Positions 30,792 to 46,472 of a stretch of 64,000 bases of DNA are shown in pieces. The stretch spans positions 53,744-117,743 of the forward strand of contig CAYQUS010000004.1 in assembly GCA_964421015.1 (NCBI GenBank), written 5' to 3'. The notes under the pieces are model-generated. The model searched no databases. It saw only the letters and a list, made by a program, of their open reading frames with translations, and was not told the origin of the DNA. The position numbers were made by a program, and so were the translations under genes. Position 1 is the first letter of the stretch. Each line of letters opens with the position of its first letter. Origin of the DNA: an uncultured Planctomycetia bacterium. Lineage in GTDB: Bacteria > Omnitrophota > Gorgyraeia > Tantalellales > Tantalellaceae.

Positions 30792-31988
30792 TTACTGCAA
30801 TATTTCCGCCACTACTCCGGCGCCTACCGTATGTCCGCCTTCTCTTATGGCGAACCTCAGTTCCTTCTCTATGGCTACCGGCGTTATAAGCTCAACTTCG
30901 ACCGTAACGTTGTCGCCCGGCATTACCATCTCCACTCCCTTAGCCAGCGTAACCACTCCGGTAACGTCCGTCGTCCTTATGTAGAACTGCGGCCTGTACC
31001 CGTTGAAGAAAGGCGTATGCCTTCCACCTTCTTCTTTGCTCAGTATGTACACCTCGGCCTTGAACTTGGTGTGCGGTGTTATAGACCCCGGAGCGGCAAG
31101 TACCTGTCCCCTCTCAAGATTGTTCTTGTCTATACCCCTCAAAAGCACTCCAACGTTGTCTCCGGCCTGACCCTCGTCAAGCAGCTTACGGAACATCTCT
31201 ATTCCCGTAACCGTGCTCTTCTTCGTGTCCCCAAGTCCCACTATCTCCACTTCTTCCCCGACCTTTACCTTACCTCTCTCTATCCTGCCCGTACCGACCG
31301 TTCCTCTTCCGGTTATGCTGAACACGTCCTCTATCGGCATAAGAAAAGGCTTGTCAACGTCTCTCACCGGCGTGGGTATGAAATTGTCGCAGGCGTCCAT
31401 AAGCTCGTCTATGAACTTGCAGTCCGGGCTATTGAGCGCTCCCTCCGCCTGAAGGGCCTTAAGCGCGCTGCCCTTGATTATCGGGGTCGTGTCGCCAGGA
31501 AAATTGTACTTCGTCAAAAGCTCTCTTATCTCAAGCTCAACAAGGTCAAGAAGCTCGGGATCGTCAACCATGTCCACCTTGTTCATGCATACCACTATCG
31601 CGGGCACGTTTACCTGCCTGGCCAGAAGTATGTGCTCTCTCGTCTGCGGCATCGGGCCGTCAGCCGCCGAAACTACAAGTATCGCCCCGTCCATCTGCGC
31701 CGCGCCCGTTATCATGTTCTTGATGTAGTCGGCGTGACCGGGACAGTCTATGTGCGCGTAATGCCTGGCGTTCGTCATGTACTCAACGTGCGCCACGGCT
31801 ATGGTAATTCCTCTTTCCTTTTCCTCGGGAGCCTTGTCTATGGTGTCAAAAGCCCTCTTCTCGGCCATGCCTTTATTCGCCAGGTACAACGTTATCGCGG
31901 ACGTAAGCGAAGTCTTGCCGTGGTCTACGTGACCTATCGTGCCTATGTTAAGATGCGGCTTTGTTCGTTCGAATTTTTCCTTGGCCAT
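30792..31988 (-). CDS. tuf: Elongation factor Tu, str-operon copy
   Basis: 398 aa; [17 protein letters not shown] motifs. The protein string is identical to the 46473..47669 copy. Confidence 0.95.
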   Translation of the reverse strand: MAKEKFERTKPHLNIGTIGHVDHGKTSLTSAITLYLANKGMAEKRAFDTIDKAPEEKERGITIAVAHVEYMTNARHYAHIDCPGHADYIKNMITGAAQMDGAILVVSAADGPMPQTREHILLARQVNVPAIVVCMNKVDMVDDPELLDLVELEIRELLTKYNFPGDTTPIIKGSALKALQAEGALNSPDCKFIDELMDACDNFIPTPVRDVDKPFLMPIEDVFSITGRGTVGTGRIERGKVKVGEEVEIVGLGDTKKSTVTGIEMFRKLLDEGQAGDNVGVLLRGIDKNNLERGQVLAAPGSITPHTKFKAEVYILSKEEGGRHTPFFNGYRPQFYIRTTDVTGVVTLAKGVEMVMPGDNVTVEVELITPVAIEKELRFAIREGGHTVGAGVVAEILQ

Positions 31989-32057
31989 GAGTCCTCCTAA
32001 AATTTTTTATCTGAAAATATATCCCTTTTTCAAGTGAACGTTACTCTATAATAACTA

Positions 32058-34136
32058 TTATTTCGTACCTTGCAATATCTTCTCCATTATATCCCGTGGA
32101 ACTTCCTTGTAAAATGAAGGTTCCATTGTATACGTTGCCCTTCCTTGTGTCAAGCTTCTTAACGCTGTCGAGTAACCGAACATCTGCGCGAGAGGAGCGG
32201 CCCCGGTAACGATCTTTGTCGTGGCTTTCTGGTCTATATTCTCGACCTTTATCCTTCTCATGTTCATATCGCCTATGACATCTCCAAGATACTCGTCAGG
32301 CGTAGTCACCTCGAGCTTCATTATGGGCTCAAGAAGAAGCGATCCGCCTTTATTAAGCCCGTCCTTAAGAGCTATCGACGCGGCATTCGAGAACGCTATT
32401 TCAGAGGAGTCAACCTCGTGATAAGATCCGTCATATAAAGTAACCTTTACGTCGGTCACGGGAAACCCTGCCAGAACGCCGGTTTTAGAGGCATCCATTA
32501 TTCCCTTTTTAATGGCCGAAAAATATTCGCGCGGGATCGAACCTCCCTTTATAGCCTCTATGAACTCAATGCCCGCGCCCTTTTCGTTGGGTTCGACTAT
32601 TACCTCAACGTGCCCGTACTGACCACGGCCTCCGCTCTGTTGTATGAATTTACCTGTCGTCTTTACAGACTTGGTTATCGTTTCCCTGTAGGCAACCTGG
32701 GGACTTCCGACATTAGCTTTCACGCCGAATTCCCTTTTCAGCCTGTCCACTATTATTTCCAGATGAAGCTCTCCCATTCCGCATATGAGCGTCTGGGCCG
32801 TCTCTTCGTTGTACATTACTTTGAACGACGGGTCTTCGCTCTCAAGTTTTCTTAAACCCTGGGCCAGTTTATCCTGCTCGGCCCTTGTGCCAGGCTCGAT
32901 AGACATTGAAATTACGGGCTCCGGATATTTGATCCTTTCCATCACTATGGGTTTCGATTCGTTACAGAGAGTATGCGCCGTTGTGGTATTTTTAAGGCCC
33001 ACAAGACCAACAATATCTCCCGGGCCCGCCATTTTTATCATCTCTCTTTCCGCGGCGTGCATCTTTACGATCTGTCCTATTCTTTCTCTTTTTCCGCACG
33101 AGGCGTTATATATGGAAGTCCCGGCCTCGATCTTTCCGGAATATACTCTCGTAAAAGTGAGAGTTCCTATAAAAGGATCCGACATTATCTTGTACGCGTA
33201 AGCGCAAAGCGGGCCATCCTCATCCGGAGAAAGTTTGATCGGCTCTTCTGTTTCCGGGTCCACGGCCTTGGGAAGTTCTACATCAAGAGGAGAAGGAAGA
33301 TAGTCCGCCACGGCGTCCAGCACCAACCTCATTCCCTTGTTCTTAAGGGCCGAGGCGCAAACCACCGGCACAAATAGATTCTTATTGGTAACTCTGCGGA
33401 TATGTTTTTTAAGGTCTTCGGGATAGATGCCTTTATCATTAAGATAAAGGTCTTCGACCTCGGGATCTACATCCGCGATCTTTTCTATAAGGTTATGTCT
33501 CCAGTGGCTGGCCAGTTCCTTCATATCCTCCGGTATCTCACATTCCTCATATGATTCCCCGAGATCTCCTTTCTCTCCGAACATGTAGGCCTTGCAGGAA
33601 ACAAGATCAATGACCCCCTTAAATTCGTCTTCTTTCCCTATAGGAAGCTGTATGGGAGTAGCGTTGGCCCCGAGCTTTTTGTGCATTTCGACTATGACCC
33701 TGAAAAAGTCTGCCCCTACACGGTCTACTTTATTGACAAGCGCTATCTTGGGAACATCATAGTGGTCTGCCTGTCTCCATACCGTTTCTGTCTGGGGCTG
33801 CACTCCGCCTACCGCGCAGAAAACTACAAGCGTGCCGTCAAGGACCTTAAGCGACCTTTCGACCTCAATAGTAAAATCGACATGCCCGGGTGTATCAATT
33901 ATGTTTATCCTCTTACCCTTCCATGAACAAGTTGTTACGGCGCTCGTAATGGTTATTCCTCTTTCCTGTTCCTGTTCCATCCAGTCCATTACGGCCGTTC
34001 CCTCGTGCACTTCCCCTATACGGTGTATCTTTCCCGTGAGAAAAAGTATTCTTTCCGTGGTCGTGGTCTTGCCGGCGTCGATATGAGCTATTATGCCTAT
34101 ATTTCTTATGTCCGCTAATTCGTCAGATTTAGCCAC
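32058..34136 (-). CDS. fusA: Elongation factor G
   Basis: 692 aa; AHIDAGKTT motif. Confidence 0.95.
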   Translation of the reverse strand: MAKSDELADIRNIGIIAHIDAGKTTTTERILFLTGKIHRIGEVHEGTAVMDWMEQEQERGITITSAVTTCSWKGKRINIIDTPGHVDFTIEVERSLKVLDGTLVVFCAVGGVQPQTETVWRQADHYDVPKIALVNKVDRVGADFFRVIVEMHKKLGANATPIQLPIGKEDEFKGVIDLVSCKAYMFGEKGDLGESYEECEIPEDMKELASHWRHNLIEKIADVDPEVEDLYLNDKGIYPEDLKKHIRRVTNKNLFVPVVCASALKNKGMRLVLDAVADYLPSPLDVELPKAVDPETEEPIKLSPDEDGPLCAYAYKIMSDPFIGTLTFTRVYSGKIEAGTSIYNASCGKRERIGQIVKMHAAEREMIKMAGPGDIVGLVGLKNTTTAHTLCNESKPIVMERIKYPEPVISMSIEPGTRAEQDKLAQGLRKLESEDPSFKVMYNEETAQTLICGMGELHLEIIVDRLKREFGVKANVGSPQVAYRETITKSVKTTGKFIQQSGGRGQYGHVEVIVEPNEKGAGIEFIEAIKGGSIPREYFSAIKKGIMDASKTGVLAGFPVTDVKVTLYDGSYHEVDSSEIAFSNAASIALKDGLNKGGSLLLEPIMKLEVTTPDEYLGDVIGDMNMRRIKVENIDQKATTKIVTGAAPLAQMFGYSTALRSLTQGRATYTMEPSFYKEVPRDIMEKILQGTK

Positions 34137-34186
34137 TTATATACCCCTTATTTTCAAGCATACGCTTGAGTTGTTTTGTTAAAAAA

Positions 34187-34657
34187 TCACCACTTGTAAT
34201 GGGCGAATGCTTTATTCGCCTCGGCCATTCTGTGAGTATCATCACGTTTTTTCATGGCCGCGCCCTCTTTCTTGTAGGCCAGCATTATTTCCGCCGCCAA
34301 TTTCTCGCCCATGGCTTTTCCCTTCTGCTGCCTGGCGAAATCCCTAAGCCATCTCATGGCGATGAACTGTCCTCTCTCGGACTTTACTTCAACAGGCACC
34401 TGATACGTGGCTCCGCCTATACGCCTCGACTTTACTTCGAGAAGGGGCCTGGCATTGTCCAGCGCCTGCACGAATACCTCAAGCGGATCTTTGTCCGGCA
34501 TCTTCTCTTTTATGTCCTCAAGGGCGCCGTAAACTATCTTCTCGGCTATGGATTTTTTCCCTCTTTCCATCACCATGTTTACGAACTTGCCAAGTATCTT
34601 GCTGCGGTATTTTGGATCGGCCGCCGCCACTCTTGTTTCAGCTCTTCTTCTTCTCAT
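34187..34657 (-). CDS. rpsG: 30S ribosomal protein S7
   Basis: 156 aa. Confidence 0.9.
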   Translation of the reverse strand: MRRRRAETRVAAADPKYRSKILGKFVNMVMERGKKSIAEKIVYGALEDIKEKMPDKDPLEVFVQALDNARPLLEVKSRRIGGATYQVPVEVKSERGQFIAMRWLRDFARQQKGKAMGEKLAAEIMLAYKKEGAAMKKRDDTHRMAEANKAFAHYKW

Positions 34658-34677
34658 TCTTTATCCGTTCCTTCTTA

Positions 34678-35052
34678 TTATTGTTTCGGTTTTTTTGCCC
34701 CGTATTTCGACCTGCTTCTCCTTCTAGCCTCGACCCCCGAGGAATCAAGCGTTCCTCTTACTATGTGATATCTTACGCCCGGAAGGTCTTTTACCCTTCC
34801 GCCTCTTATTGTAACTATAGAGTGCTCCTGCAGATTGTGTCCTTCTCCCGGAATGTAGGCGGTAACTTCCATTTTGTTGGTAAGGCGCACCCTGGCCACT
34901 TTTCTTAAAGCCGAGTTAGGTTTTTTAGGGGTACGCGTCTTTACCTGAAGGCAGACCCCTCTCCTTTGCGGGCAGTTCATCAGGGCCGGCGAGCTGCTTT
35001 TGTACTTAACGGCCTTTCTGCCCTTTCTTATCAGCTGGTTTATCGTAGGCAT
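34678..35052 (-). CDS. rpsL: 30S ribosomal protein S12
   Basis: 124 aa; PKKPNSA motif. Confidence 0.95.
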   Translation of the reverse strand: MPTINQLIRKGRKAVKYKSSSPALMNCPQRRGVCLQVKTRTPKKPNSALRKVARVRLTNKMEVTAYIPGEGHNLQEHSIVTIRGGRVKDLPGVRYHIVRGTLDSSGVEARRRSRSKYGAKKPKQ

Positions 35053-35094
35053 TACTTTTTCCCCTTGTGTTTTTTATTTGTTCTCCGTTGGATA

Positions 35095-39141
<4,047 letters not shown>

Positions 39142-39182
39142 AAGTTTTGCCCCTCTATTGGGTTTGTTAGCGCTTTTACAAT

Positions 39183-42100
39183 TTACAGCACAGCTTTGTT
39201 TTCCGCGCTTTCACTCTGCTCAAGATGCACATCAAGCCCAAGGCTCTGCAACTCTTTTATAAGAACGTTAAAAGATTCGGGAGTAGAAGGTTCCAGCATA
39301 TTCTCCCCCTTTACTATGGTCTCATATATCTTCGTTCTTCCGGCGACATCGTCGCTTTTCACTGTAAGAAGTTCCTGAAGCGTGTACGCGGCGCCGTAGG
39401 CCTCAAGCGCCCACACTTCCATTTCGCCGAACCTCTGTCCTCCGAACTGCGCCTTTCCTCCCAGAGGCTGCTGGGTCACAAGCGAGTACGGCCCTATCGA
39501 CCTGGCGTGCATCTTATCGTCTGCAAGATGAGCCAGTTTCATCATGTAAATATAGCCCACTGTGACTTCCTGGTCGAAAGGCCTGCCTGAGAAACCGTCT
39601 CTCAGCATTATCTTCCCGGAAACCGGAAGCTTCGCCTTCCTCATCATTTCTTCTATGTCGGCTTCCTTGGCCCCGTCGAAAACAGGGGTTTTAACATGTA
39701 AGCCAAGCGCCTTGGCGGCCCACGCGAGCTGTGTTTCAAGAAGCTGGCCGATATTCATACGGCTGGGAACTCCGAGAGGGTTAAGCACTATGTCAAGCGG
39801 GGTTCCGTCCGACATGTAGGGCATATCCTCTTCCCTTACTATCTTAGCTATAACGCCTTTGTTCCCGTGCCTTCCGGCCATCTTGTCTCCGGCCTGAAGT
39901 TTCTTTTTACTGGCGACGTAAACCGTTATCCTGCGGAGCACCCCGGCGGGAAGTTCATCGCCGTGTTTTATCTGATCCATGTCGCGTTCCATGTCGCTCA
40001 TGGTCTGCTCTATCTGTCCGTCTATCGTCATCAATATGGAGTTTATCCGAGACTGCATCTTTTCGTCGCCTTCCACATAGATGTTCTCCAGATCGGCTTT
40101 CTTGAACTTGGCCATATCGCTTTCCGTTATTACCTGCCCGGCCTTTATCAGGACTTTTCCGGTCTCCAGATCTTCCAGCGGGTTCATCAGCCTGCAGCCG
40201 AGCAGTTTCTGATGAACTCTCTCGGCCTTTTTCTCCTCAAGCTGCTGCAGTATGTTCTCGTACCCTTCTTTCACTACCTTGCGCTGCTTTGAATCCATAC
40301 GTTTCTGTTCTTTGGAAAGAGTTTTCGCCGATTTCCTCGAAAGCTCCTTTACATCCACGACAATACCGTTTATCCCCGAGGGAACCCTCAACGACACATC
40401 CTTTACATCGCCCGCTTTCTCTCCGAATATGGCCCTTAAAAGCTTTTCTTCCGGAGAAAGCTCTGTTTCAGACTTAGGAGCGATCTTCCCGACAAGAATA
40501 CTTCCCGGAGAAACCTCGGCTCCTATGCGGATAACACCGGCCTCATCCAAATCCTTCAGGGCGTCTTCTCCCACATTCGGGATGTCCCTTGTTACTTCTT
40601 CGTTCCCCAGTCTGGTGTCCCTGGCTTCGAGTTCGAATTTGTGTATGTGTATAGAGGTGAACGCGTCCTCGCGGATAAGTTTTTCGCTTACGAGTATAGC
40701 GTCCTCAAAATTGTAACCTCTCCAGGACATGAAACCTACCAGAACGTTCCTTCCGAGAGCCAGTTCGCCTTTGTCAGTGGCAATACCGTCGGCCAGTATA
40801 TCCCCGGCTTTTACGACATCTCCAGGCTTGACCATAGGTCTCTGGTTTATACATGTTCTGGCATTGGTCCTTTGGAACTTCTTAAGCTTGATTTTCTCTC
40901 CTGATACAGTTATCTCAGAGCCGTCCACTTTCGTGACCTTGCCTTCTTTCCTGGAAACAAGCAAAGCCCCGGAGTCTTTCGCGGTGCGGTGCTCAAGCCC
41001 CGTACCCACTATCGGGGTCTCCGGAAAAAGCAGAGGCACAGCCTGTCTCTGCATGTTCGCACCCATCAGCGCCCTGTTAGCGTCGTCGTGCTCCAGAAAC
41101 GGTATAAGCCCGGCGCAAACGCTGACAAGCTGAAGAGGCGAAACGTCCATGTACTTAACTTCTTTGGCGTCAGCCTGTATAAAATCGTCCTTGAAACGTG
41201 AAAAAACCTTCTCATTCTTGAAATACCCGCGGCCGTCAACTTCGGTATTGGCCTGAGCTATAACGTAGTTGTCTTCTATGTCGGCGGTAAGGTACTCTAT
41301 TTCATCCAGGACCTTCCCGTTCTCCACCTTGCGGTAGGGAGTAACAAGAAAACCGAACTCATCAAGACCCGAGTGGCACGTTAGGGAGTTTATAAGCCCT
41401 ATGTTCGGACCTTCCGGCGTCTCAATAGGGCAAAGCCTTCCGTAATGTGAATAGTGGACGTCCCTGACCTCGAACCCAGCCCTTTCACGGTTAAGTCCTC
41501 CCGGACCCAGGGCGCTGAGCCTTCTGAGATGCGTGAGTTCAGCCAGAGGATTTGTCTGATCCATGAACTGGGACAATCTGCCCCTGGCAAAAAAATCATG
41601 TATAACGCTGGTTATAAGCTTGGTGTTCACGAGATTATGGGGCATGACGTCCTCCATATCGTAAACACTCATTCTTTCCCTGGCAACTCTTTCCACCCTG
41701 GCCATGCTTATTCTTATCTGATTAACAAGCTGCTCTCCTACGCACCTGACCCTTCTGTTGCCAAGATGGTCTATATCGTCCGTGCTCTGCTTTCCGTTCT
41801 TTATGTCAAGAAGTCTCTGTATAGCTCCCACCAGGATGTCTGAATCAAGAAGCTGTGAGTCAAGAGGCTTATCCAGGCCAAGTTTACGGTTTATCATCCT
41901 GAGCCCGACCTCGGTAAGATTGTAGCGCCTCTTATCGAAAAACATCTGGTCTATGAGCTCTCTCGCGGAATCAAGCGTTGGCGGGTCACCCGGCCTCAGT
42001 TTGCGGTACATATCCAGATACGCTTCCTCGCGTGTCTTTGTCCCGTCGTGCTCGAGCGTTCGCACTATCTCTTTTGGAACATCAAGGAGAACTTTAAGTT

Positions 42101-42914
42101 TTCGGATCTTCGCGTCCCATATCCTCGAAGCTATGCTCGGCGTTATCTTTTCTGTTTGCTGCGCCAGTATCGAAGAAGATGTCTCGTCTATTATGTCCTC
42201 TGCAAGAACGCTTCCCACCAGTTCTTCGCACTGGTTTTGCCTTGTAAGCGTTATCTCTTTAACGCCTCCGAAAGCCTTAAGGATATCCTCCTCGCCCGAA
42301 AGCCCGAATATCCTCAGAAAAGTCGTGGCGAGGAATTTTCTCTTCCTGTCTATATACACATGCAGAAGCTCGCTTTTGTCGAACAGGAATTCTATCCACG
42401 CGCCCCTATCGGGTATCAGCCTGGCTGAAAAGATCGACTTGCCGCCCGGTACGGGCGTTTCCTCGAAAGATATACCGGGAGACCTGTGAAGCTGGCTTAC
42501 GACAACCCTCTCGTCCCCGTTCACTATGTATGTTCCGTAATCGGTCATAAGCGGTATCTCTCCGACATAAACCTCCTGCTCCTTGACTTCCTGAGGAAGC
42601 CTCAAACGCAATTTCACCCTCAAAGGAGCGGAAAATGTCAAAGAACGCCTTTTGCACTCTTCCGGATCGTACTTCGGCTGTTTAATGTCATAATAAAGGT
42701 ACTCCAGGACATACTCGTGGTTGGAACTCTCTATGGGAAAAACTTCCCTAAAAAGACCTTCCAACCCCTTGTTCTCTCTCTTCGTCTTAGGAGTATCTTT
42801 CTGGAGAAACTCGTCGTAAGAATCCTTCTGGATCTCTATCAGGTTGGGAATATCGTGCGTCTCCTGCAACCTGGCATAACTGGCACGCTTGACCATTCCA
42901 GACATACGTTTCAT
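39183..42914 (-). CDS. rpoB: DNA-directed RNA polymerase beta subunit
   Basis: 1243 aa canonical RpoB. Confidence 0.95.
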   Translation of the reverse strand: MKRMSGMVKRASYARLQETHDIPNLIEIQKDSYDEFLQKDTPKTKRENKGLEGLFREVFPIESSNHEYVLEYLYYDIKQPKYDPEECKRRSLTFSAPLRVKLRLRLPQEVKEQEVYVGEIPLMTDYGTYIVNGDERVVVSQLHRSPGISFEETPVPGGKSIFSARLIPDRGAWIEFLFDKSELLHVYIDRKRKFLATTFLRIFGLSGEEDILKAFGGVKEITLTRQNQCEELVGSVLAEDIIDETSSSILAQQTEKITPSIASRIWDAKIRKLKVLLDVPKEIVRTLEHDGTKTREEAYLDMYRKLRPGDPPTLDSARELIDQMFFDKRRYNLTEVGLRMINRKLGLDKPLDSQLLDSDILVGAIQRLLDIKNGKQSTDDIDHLGNRRVRCVGEQLVNQIRISMARVERVARERMSVYDMEDVMPHNLVNTKLITSVIHDFFARGRLSQFMDQTNPLAELTHLRRLSALGPGGLNRERAGFEVRDVHYSHYGRLCPIETPEGPNIGLINSLTCHSGLDEFGFLVTPYRKVENGKVLDEIEYLTADIEDNYVIAQANTEVDGRGYFKNEKVFSRFKDDFIQADAKEVKYMDVSPLQLVSVCAGLIPFLEHDDANRALMGANMQRQAVPLLFPETPIVGTGLEHRTAKDSGALLVSRKEGKVTKVDGSEITVSGEKIKLKKFQRTNARTCINQRPMVKPGDVVKAGDILADGIATDKGELALGRNVLVGFMSWRGYNFEDAILVSEKLIREDAFTSIHIHKFELEARDTRLGNEEVTRDIPNVGEDALKDLDEAGVIRIGAEVSPGSILVGKIAPKSETELSPEEKLLRAIFGEKAGDVKDVSLRVPSGINGIVVDVKELSRKSAKTLSKEQKRMDSKQRKVVKEGYENILQQLEEKKAERVHQKLLGCRLMNPLEDLETGKVLIKAGQVITESDMAKFKKADLENIYVEGDEKMQSRINSILMTIDGQIEQTMSDMERDMDQIKHGDELPAGVLRRITVYVASKKKLQAGDKMAGRHGNKGVIAKIVREEDMPYMSDGTPLDIVLNPLGVPSRMNIGQLLETQLAWAAKALGLHVKTPVFDGAKEADIEEMMRKAKLPVSGKIMLRDGFSGRPFDQEVTVGYIYMMKLAHLADDKMHARSIGPYSLVTQQPLGGKAQFGGQRFGEMEVWALEAYGAAYTLQELLTVKSDDVAGRTKIYETIVKGENMLEPSTPESFNVLIKELQSLGLDVHLEQSESAENKAVL

Positions 42915-43019
42915 TGCTCCCGTTTTATGGCTTAAACATTAAAAGCGCAAAAATACACACAGCTTCGAACCGCGCGGCATCAACACATCTATCACGCGCA
43001 AAAGTAAACGGACCTTACC

Positions 43020-43448
43020 TTACTTAAGCTCTACCTTGGCGCCGGCTTCTTCGAGCTGTTTCTTTATCTTCTCGGCTTCATCTTTGGTAGCGCCTTCCTT
43101 TATCGTTTTGGGAGCGCCTTCCACAAGATCCTTAGCTTCCTTGAGACCGAGGCTGGTAAGAGCCCTTATTTCCTTGATGACGTTTATCTTCTTGTCACCG
43201 GCCGAAGCGAGAACCACCGTGAACACGCTCTTCTCTTCCTCGGCTGCGGCTCCGGCTGCGCCGGCGGCAGGAGCGGCCCCGCCTACCATAACTCCCATGG
43301 GAGCGGCCGCGGATACCCCAAACCTGTCCTCAAGAGCCTTTACCAGGTCCGAAAGTTCAAGCACTGTCATCTCTTCTATGGTCTTTATGAAACTTTCCAT
43401 TTTCTGAGAAACGGCCTTTTTTTCTGTTTCCTTTATTTCCTCTACCAT
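43020..43448 (-). CDS. rplL: 50S ribosomal protein L7/L12
   Basis: 142 aa with an alanine-rich hinge. Confidence 0.9.
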   Translation of the reverse strand: MVEEIKETEKKAVSQKMESFIKTIEEMTVLELSDLVKALEDRFGVSAAAPMGVMVGGAAPAAGAAGAAAEEEKSVFTVVLASAGDKKINVIKEIRALTSLGLKEAKDLVEGAPKTIKEGATKDEAEKIKKQLEEAGAKVELK

Positions 43449-43488
43449 CGCACTTCCTCCTTGATTTACCTGTTGCGTTGCACTATAC

Positions 43489-44028
43489 CTACTTCGACTC
43501 CTTTTTATCCTTTACCGCGTTAAGCGCGTATAAAAGACTTCTCATTACACCTGAAAGAACGGTCACAAAGCCCCTCGCGGGAGCGTTCATTGTTCCAAGC
43601 AGCATGGAAAGCAGCTGCTCGCGTGAAGGAAGATCGGCCAGATCGCTCACTCTTTCGGCTGTTATGACCCTTCCCTCGACATAGCCCATCGATATGTTAA
43701 AACCCTTATTCTGTTTGGAAAAATCCTTGAGGATCTTCACTACCTGCACGGGATCGTCCTTTATGACCCCTATACCCAGTATCTTTTTCTCCTTGGATAT
43801 CCCCTCGAACCCCTCTATCCCAGATTCTTTAAGAGCAATGTTCGCCAGACGATTCTTAAGGACCAGATACCTGGACCCACTCTTTTTCATGGTCTTACGA
43901 AGAACGTCTATATCGGAAGCCTTCATTTTCTCCATGCTGGAGAGGATGAACCCTCCGTCACCGGAGACAATGCTTTTCATCTCCTTTACCATCTTTTCCC
44001 GGACTTTTTTCCCGTATTTCTGCGACAT
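43489..44028 (-). CDS. rplJ: 50S ribosomal protein L10
   Basis: 179 aa. Confidence 0.9.
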   Translation of the reverse strand: MSQKYGKKVREKMVKEMKSIVSGDGGFILSSMEKMKASDIDVLRKTMKKSGSRYLVLKNRLANIALKESGIEGFEGISKEKKILGIGVIKDDPVQVVKILKDFSKQNKGFNISMGYVEGRVITAERVSDLADLPSREQLLSMLLGTMNAPARGFVTVLSGVMRSLLYALNAVKDKKESK

Positions 44029-44100
44029 TTTTACCTCTTGTTTTTTGTCTTATCTCTTCCGCCCTTTAGCAAGGGTTTTTTCCGTCTCTTCCCCGAAAGG

Positions 44101-44796
44101 CTACTGCGCCTGCCGGTAATGATTCTTATCTATCTTTATCCCAGGCCCCATGGTGGAGCTTATAGCTATGGATTTTACATTGTGTATTTTCTGCAATTTG
44201 GGGCTTGAAGCCATTACGGCCTTTATGAACGCGTCTATATTGTCGGCGAGATGCTCCTCAGGGAATGAAAGTTTGCCTACCACACCTTTGACACCGGACT
44301 GTTTGTCCATCCTGTACTCTATTTTCCCGCCCTTAAGATCCTTTACTGCCTTACCTATCTCGGTAGTGACAGTCCCGGATTTCGGGTTGGGCATAAGACC
44401 TCTGGGACCGAGCACTTTACCGAGTTTCGCAAGCTCTCTCATCATATCCGGCGTGGTGACCGCCACATCGAACTCAAGCCATCCCTCCGACACCTTCTTC
44501 ATCAGATCCTCAGCCCCTACATAGTCGGCGCCGGCGTCCTCGGCCTGCTTGGCGAAATCACCTTTGCAGAATACAGCCACCCTCGCCGTTTTTCCGGTCC
44601 CGTGAGGAAGGCTGACCGTACCCCTTATGGGGTTAGTGCTCTGCTCAAGTGTCAGCTTTATAGAAACTTCCACGGTCTGGTCGAATTTGGTCGCGGGTCC
44701 TTTCTTAAGAAGCGCAACCGCTTCCTTTACAGGCATATCGCTCTTGGATTCCACCAATTTTGCTATTGCCTTGTTCCTCTTAGTCGGTTTTGCCAT
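44101..44796 (-). CDS. rplA: 50S ribosomal protein L1
   Basis: 231 aa. Confidence 0.9.
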   Translation of the reverse strand: MAKPTKRNKAIAKLVESKSDMPVKEAVALLKKGPATKFDQTVEVSIKLTLEQSTNPIRGTVSLPHGTGKTARVAVFCKGDFAKQAEDAGADYVGAEDLMKKVSEGWLEFDVAVTTPDMMRELAKLGKVLGPRGLMPNPKSGTVTTEIGKAVKDLKGGKIEYRMDKQSGVKGVVGKLSFPEEHLADNIDAFIKAVMASSPKLQKIHNVKSIAISSTMGPGIKIDKNHYRQAQ

Positions 44797-44822
44797 CTAA
44801 ATCCACCTCGTTGTATTTAATG

Positions 44823-45248
44823 TCAGCCTTCGACCTCTATACCCATGCTTCTGGCCGAGCCCTTTATAATTTTTACCGCCGCGTCCATATCGGCCGCGTT
44901 AAGATCCTGCATCTTCTGCTTAGCTATTTCCTTGACCTGTTCGATGGTGACTTTCCCGACTTTCTCGGTCTTAGGGTTGCTGCTGGCCTTAGCTATTCCG
45001 GCGGCCATTTTCAGTAAAACACTCGCCGGGGGGCTCTTGATGATAAAAGAGAAGGTCCTGTCCTCATAAAGACTGATTATTACCGGCAGCACAAGCCCGG
45101 GTCTGTCTTTGGTCCTCTCGTTGAATTGCTTGCAGAATTCCATTATTGGTATTCCGTGCTGTCCCAAAGCCGGTCCTACCGGGGGCGCCGGATTAGCCTG
45201 TCCTCCCGGACACTGCAGCTTTATCATTGCTTTTACTTTCTTGGCCAT
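44823..45248 (-). CDS. rplK: 50S ribosomal protein L11
   Basis: 141 aa. Confidence 0.9.
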   Translation of the reverse strand: MAKKVKAMIKLQCPGGQANPAPPVGPALGQHGIPIMEFCKQFNERTKDRPGLVLPVIISLYEDRTFSFIIKSPPASVLLKMAAGIAKASSNPKTEKVGKVTIEQVKEIAKQKMQDLNAADMDAAVKIIKGSARSMGIEVEG

Positions 45249-45293
45249 TTTTTTTCCTTTTTTATTTTGTTCAGCCCCGATCTTTCCGGGAAA

Positions 45294-45830
45294 CTACATT
45301 TTTTCTATCTGCCACGCTTCCAGTTCAACGGGAGTGGGCCTTCCAAAGATGGATATCATAACCCTTATTTTGCCTTTTTCCAGATTAGCGTCTTCGATAT
45401 TTCCTGTGAAGTTCTTGAACGGGCCCTCTTTGACCCTCACGGCCTCGCCGGACTTGAACATTATCTTGGGAACAGGCCTTTCCTTGCCTTCCTTGGTCTG
45501 CTCAAGGATTTCCTTGACCTCGTCTTCTCCGAGAGGTACGGGCCTCGTCTTTGTGCCAACAAAACCCGTAACACCGGGTGTATTTTTTACCATGTACCAT
45601 GTTTTGTCGTTAAGTTCCATTTCGACAAGTATGTAACCCGGGAAAAACTTCCTCTCAGTTATCTTTTTCTCGCCCTCTCGAACCTCGGCCACTTTTTCCG
45701 TAGGGACAAAAATGTTCGAAAAGAACTTCTGGTCTTCCGGGGAGTTCATTATCTGACTCTCCAGAGCCTTTTTAACCGTAAATTCCTTGCCGGTAAGTGT
45801 ATGAACAACATACCATCGCATGTTCGTCAT
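45294..45830 (-). CDS. nusG: Transcription termination/antitermination factor NusG
   Basis: 178 aa, NGN and KOW domains. Confidence 0.9.
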   Translation of the reverse strand: MTNMRWYVVHTLTGKEFTVKKALESQIMNSPEDQKFFSNIFVPTEKVAEVREGEKKITERKFFPGYILVEMELNDKTWYMVKNTPGVTGFVGTKTRPVPLGEDEVKEILEQTKEGKERPVPKIMFKSGEAVRVKEGPFKNFTGNIEDANLEKGKIRVMISIFGRPTPVELEAWQIEKM

Positions 45831-46021
45831 CGAAAAACCCCGCTTATTAGCAGATTTACTACTCTCGAGAGGATAATGTCAGCTACCCCCACAAAAATAG
45901 CCAGAAAGAACGTGGATATGAGCACCACGACCGTGGACGCCACAAGCTCATCTTTCGTGGGCCAGGCTACTTTCTTCATTTCCCCGTTAACCTGACCGAA
46001 AAAATTACCTATCTTAAGCAT
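45827..46021 (-). CDS. secE: Preprotein translocase subunit SecE
   Basis: 64 aa, single TM. Confidence 0.85.
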   Translation of the reverse strand: MLKIGNFFGQVNGEMKKVAWPTKDELVASTVVVLISTFFLAIFVGVADIILSRVVNLLISGVFR

Positions 46022-46056
46022 TTTTCACCTGTTCTTTTTACAGCGAGTCCGAAACA

Positions 46057-46132
46057 TGGCAGGAGAGACAGGCCTCGAACCTGCAACCCCCGGTTTTGGA
46101 GACCGGTGCTCTGCCAATTGAGCTACTCTCCT
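46057..46132 (-). tRNA. tRNA-Trp (anticodon CCA)
   Basis: Minus strand AGGAGAG-TA-GCTC...CTCCAAA...CTCTCCT-G-CCA folds as a cloverleaf. Lies between rpmG and secE. Confidence 0.85.
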
Positions 46133-46193
46133 AAGATAAACATGCGGCTATTCGTCGGACGGTAAGTCCGTGAAAAGGCTCACAATACTCCGT

Positions 46194-46361
46194 TTATTTC
46201 ACTTCCTTGTGCTGGGTATGTTTGCGGTCGAACCGGCAGAACTTGCTTACCTCCAACCTCTCGGGAGTGTTCTTCCTGTTCTTAACTGAAGTGTAATTCC
46301 GCCTCTTACAAACCTCACACTGCATGGTTATGATCTCGGTATTGTCCTTTTTCTTCGCCAT
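46194..46361 (-). CDS. rpmG: 50S ribosomal protein L33
   Basis: Hand-translated 55-aa [58 protein letters not shown] (zinc ribbon). Below the ORF-track cutoff. Confidence 0.85.
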   Translation of the reverse strand: MAKKKDNTEIITMQCEVCKRRNYTSVKNRKNTPERLEVSKFCRFDRKHTQHKEVK

Positions 46362-46472
46362 TTTACCCTCGGTTTCTATCGCTCCGGCTGCTGTAATTCC
46401 GCCAGCCGTCTCTTCGCACTTTTCTCCAAAAACCCGTCAGGGACCACACCCCACAAGACCGGGCCCTGTTCC

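Noticed and set aside
30738-32000. 420-aa plus-strand ORF (and identical twin at 46512..47774) antisense to tuf
   Set aside because: This is the classic antisense shadow ORF of EF-Tu genes. It is rich in R/Y/H/V with no domain, and is duplicated only because the tuf DNA is duplicated.
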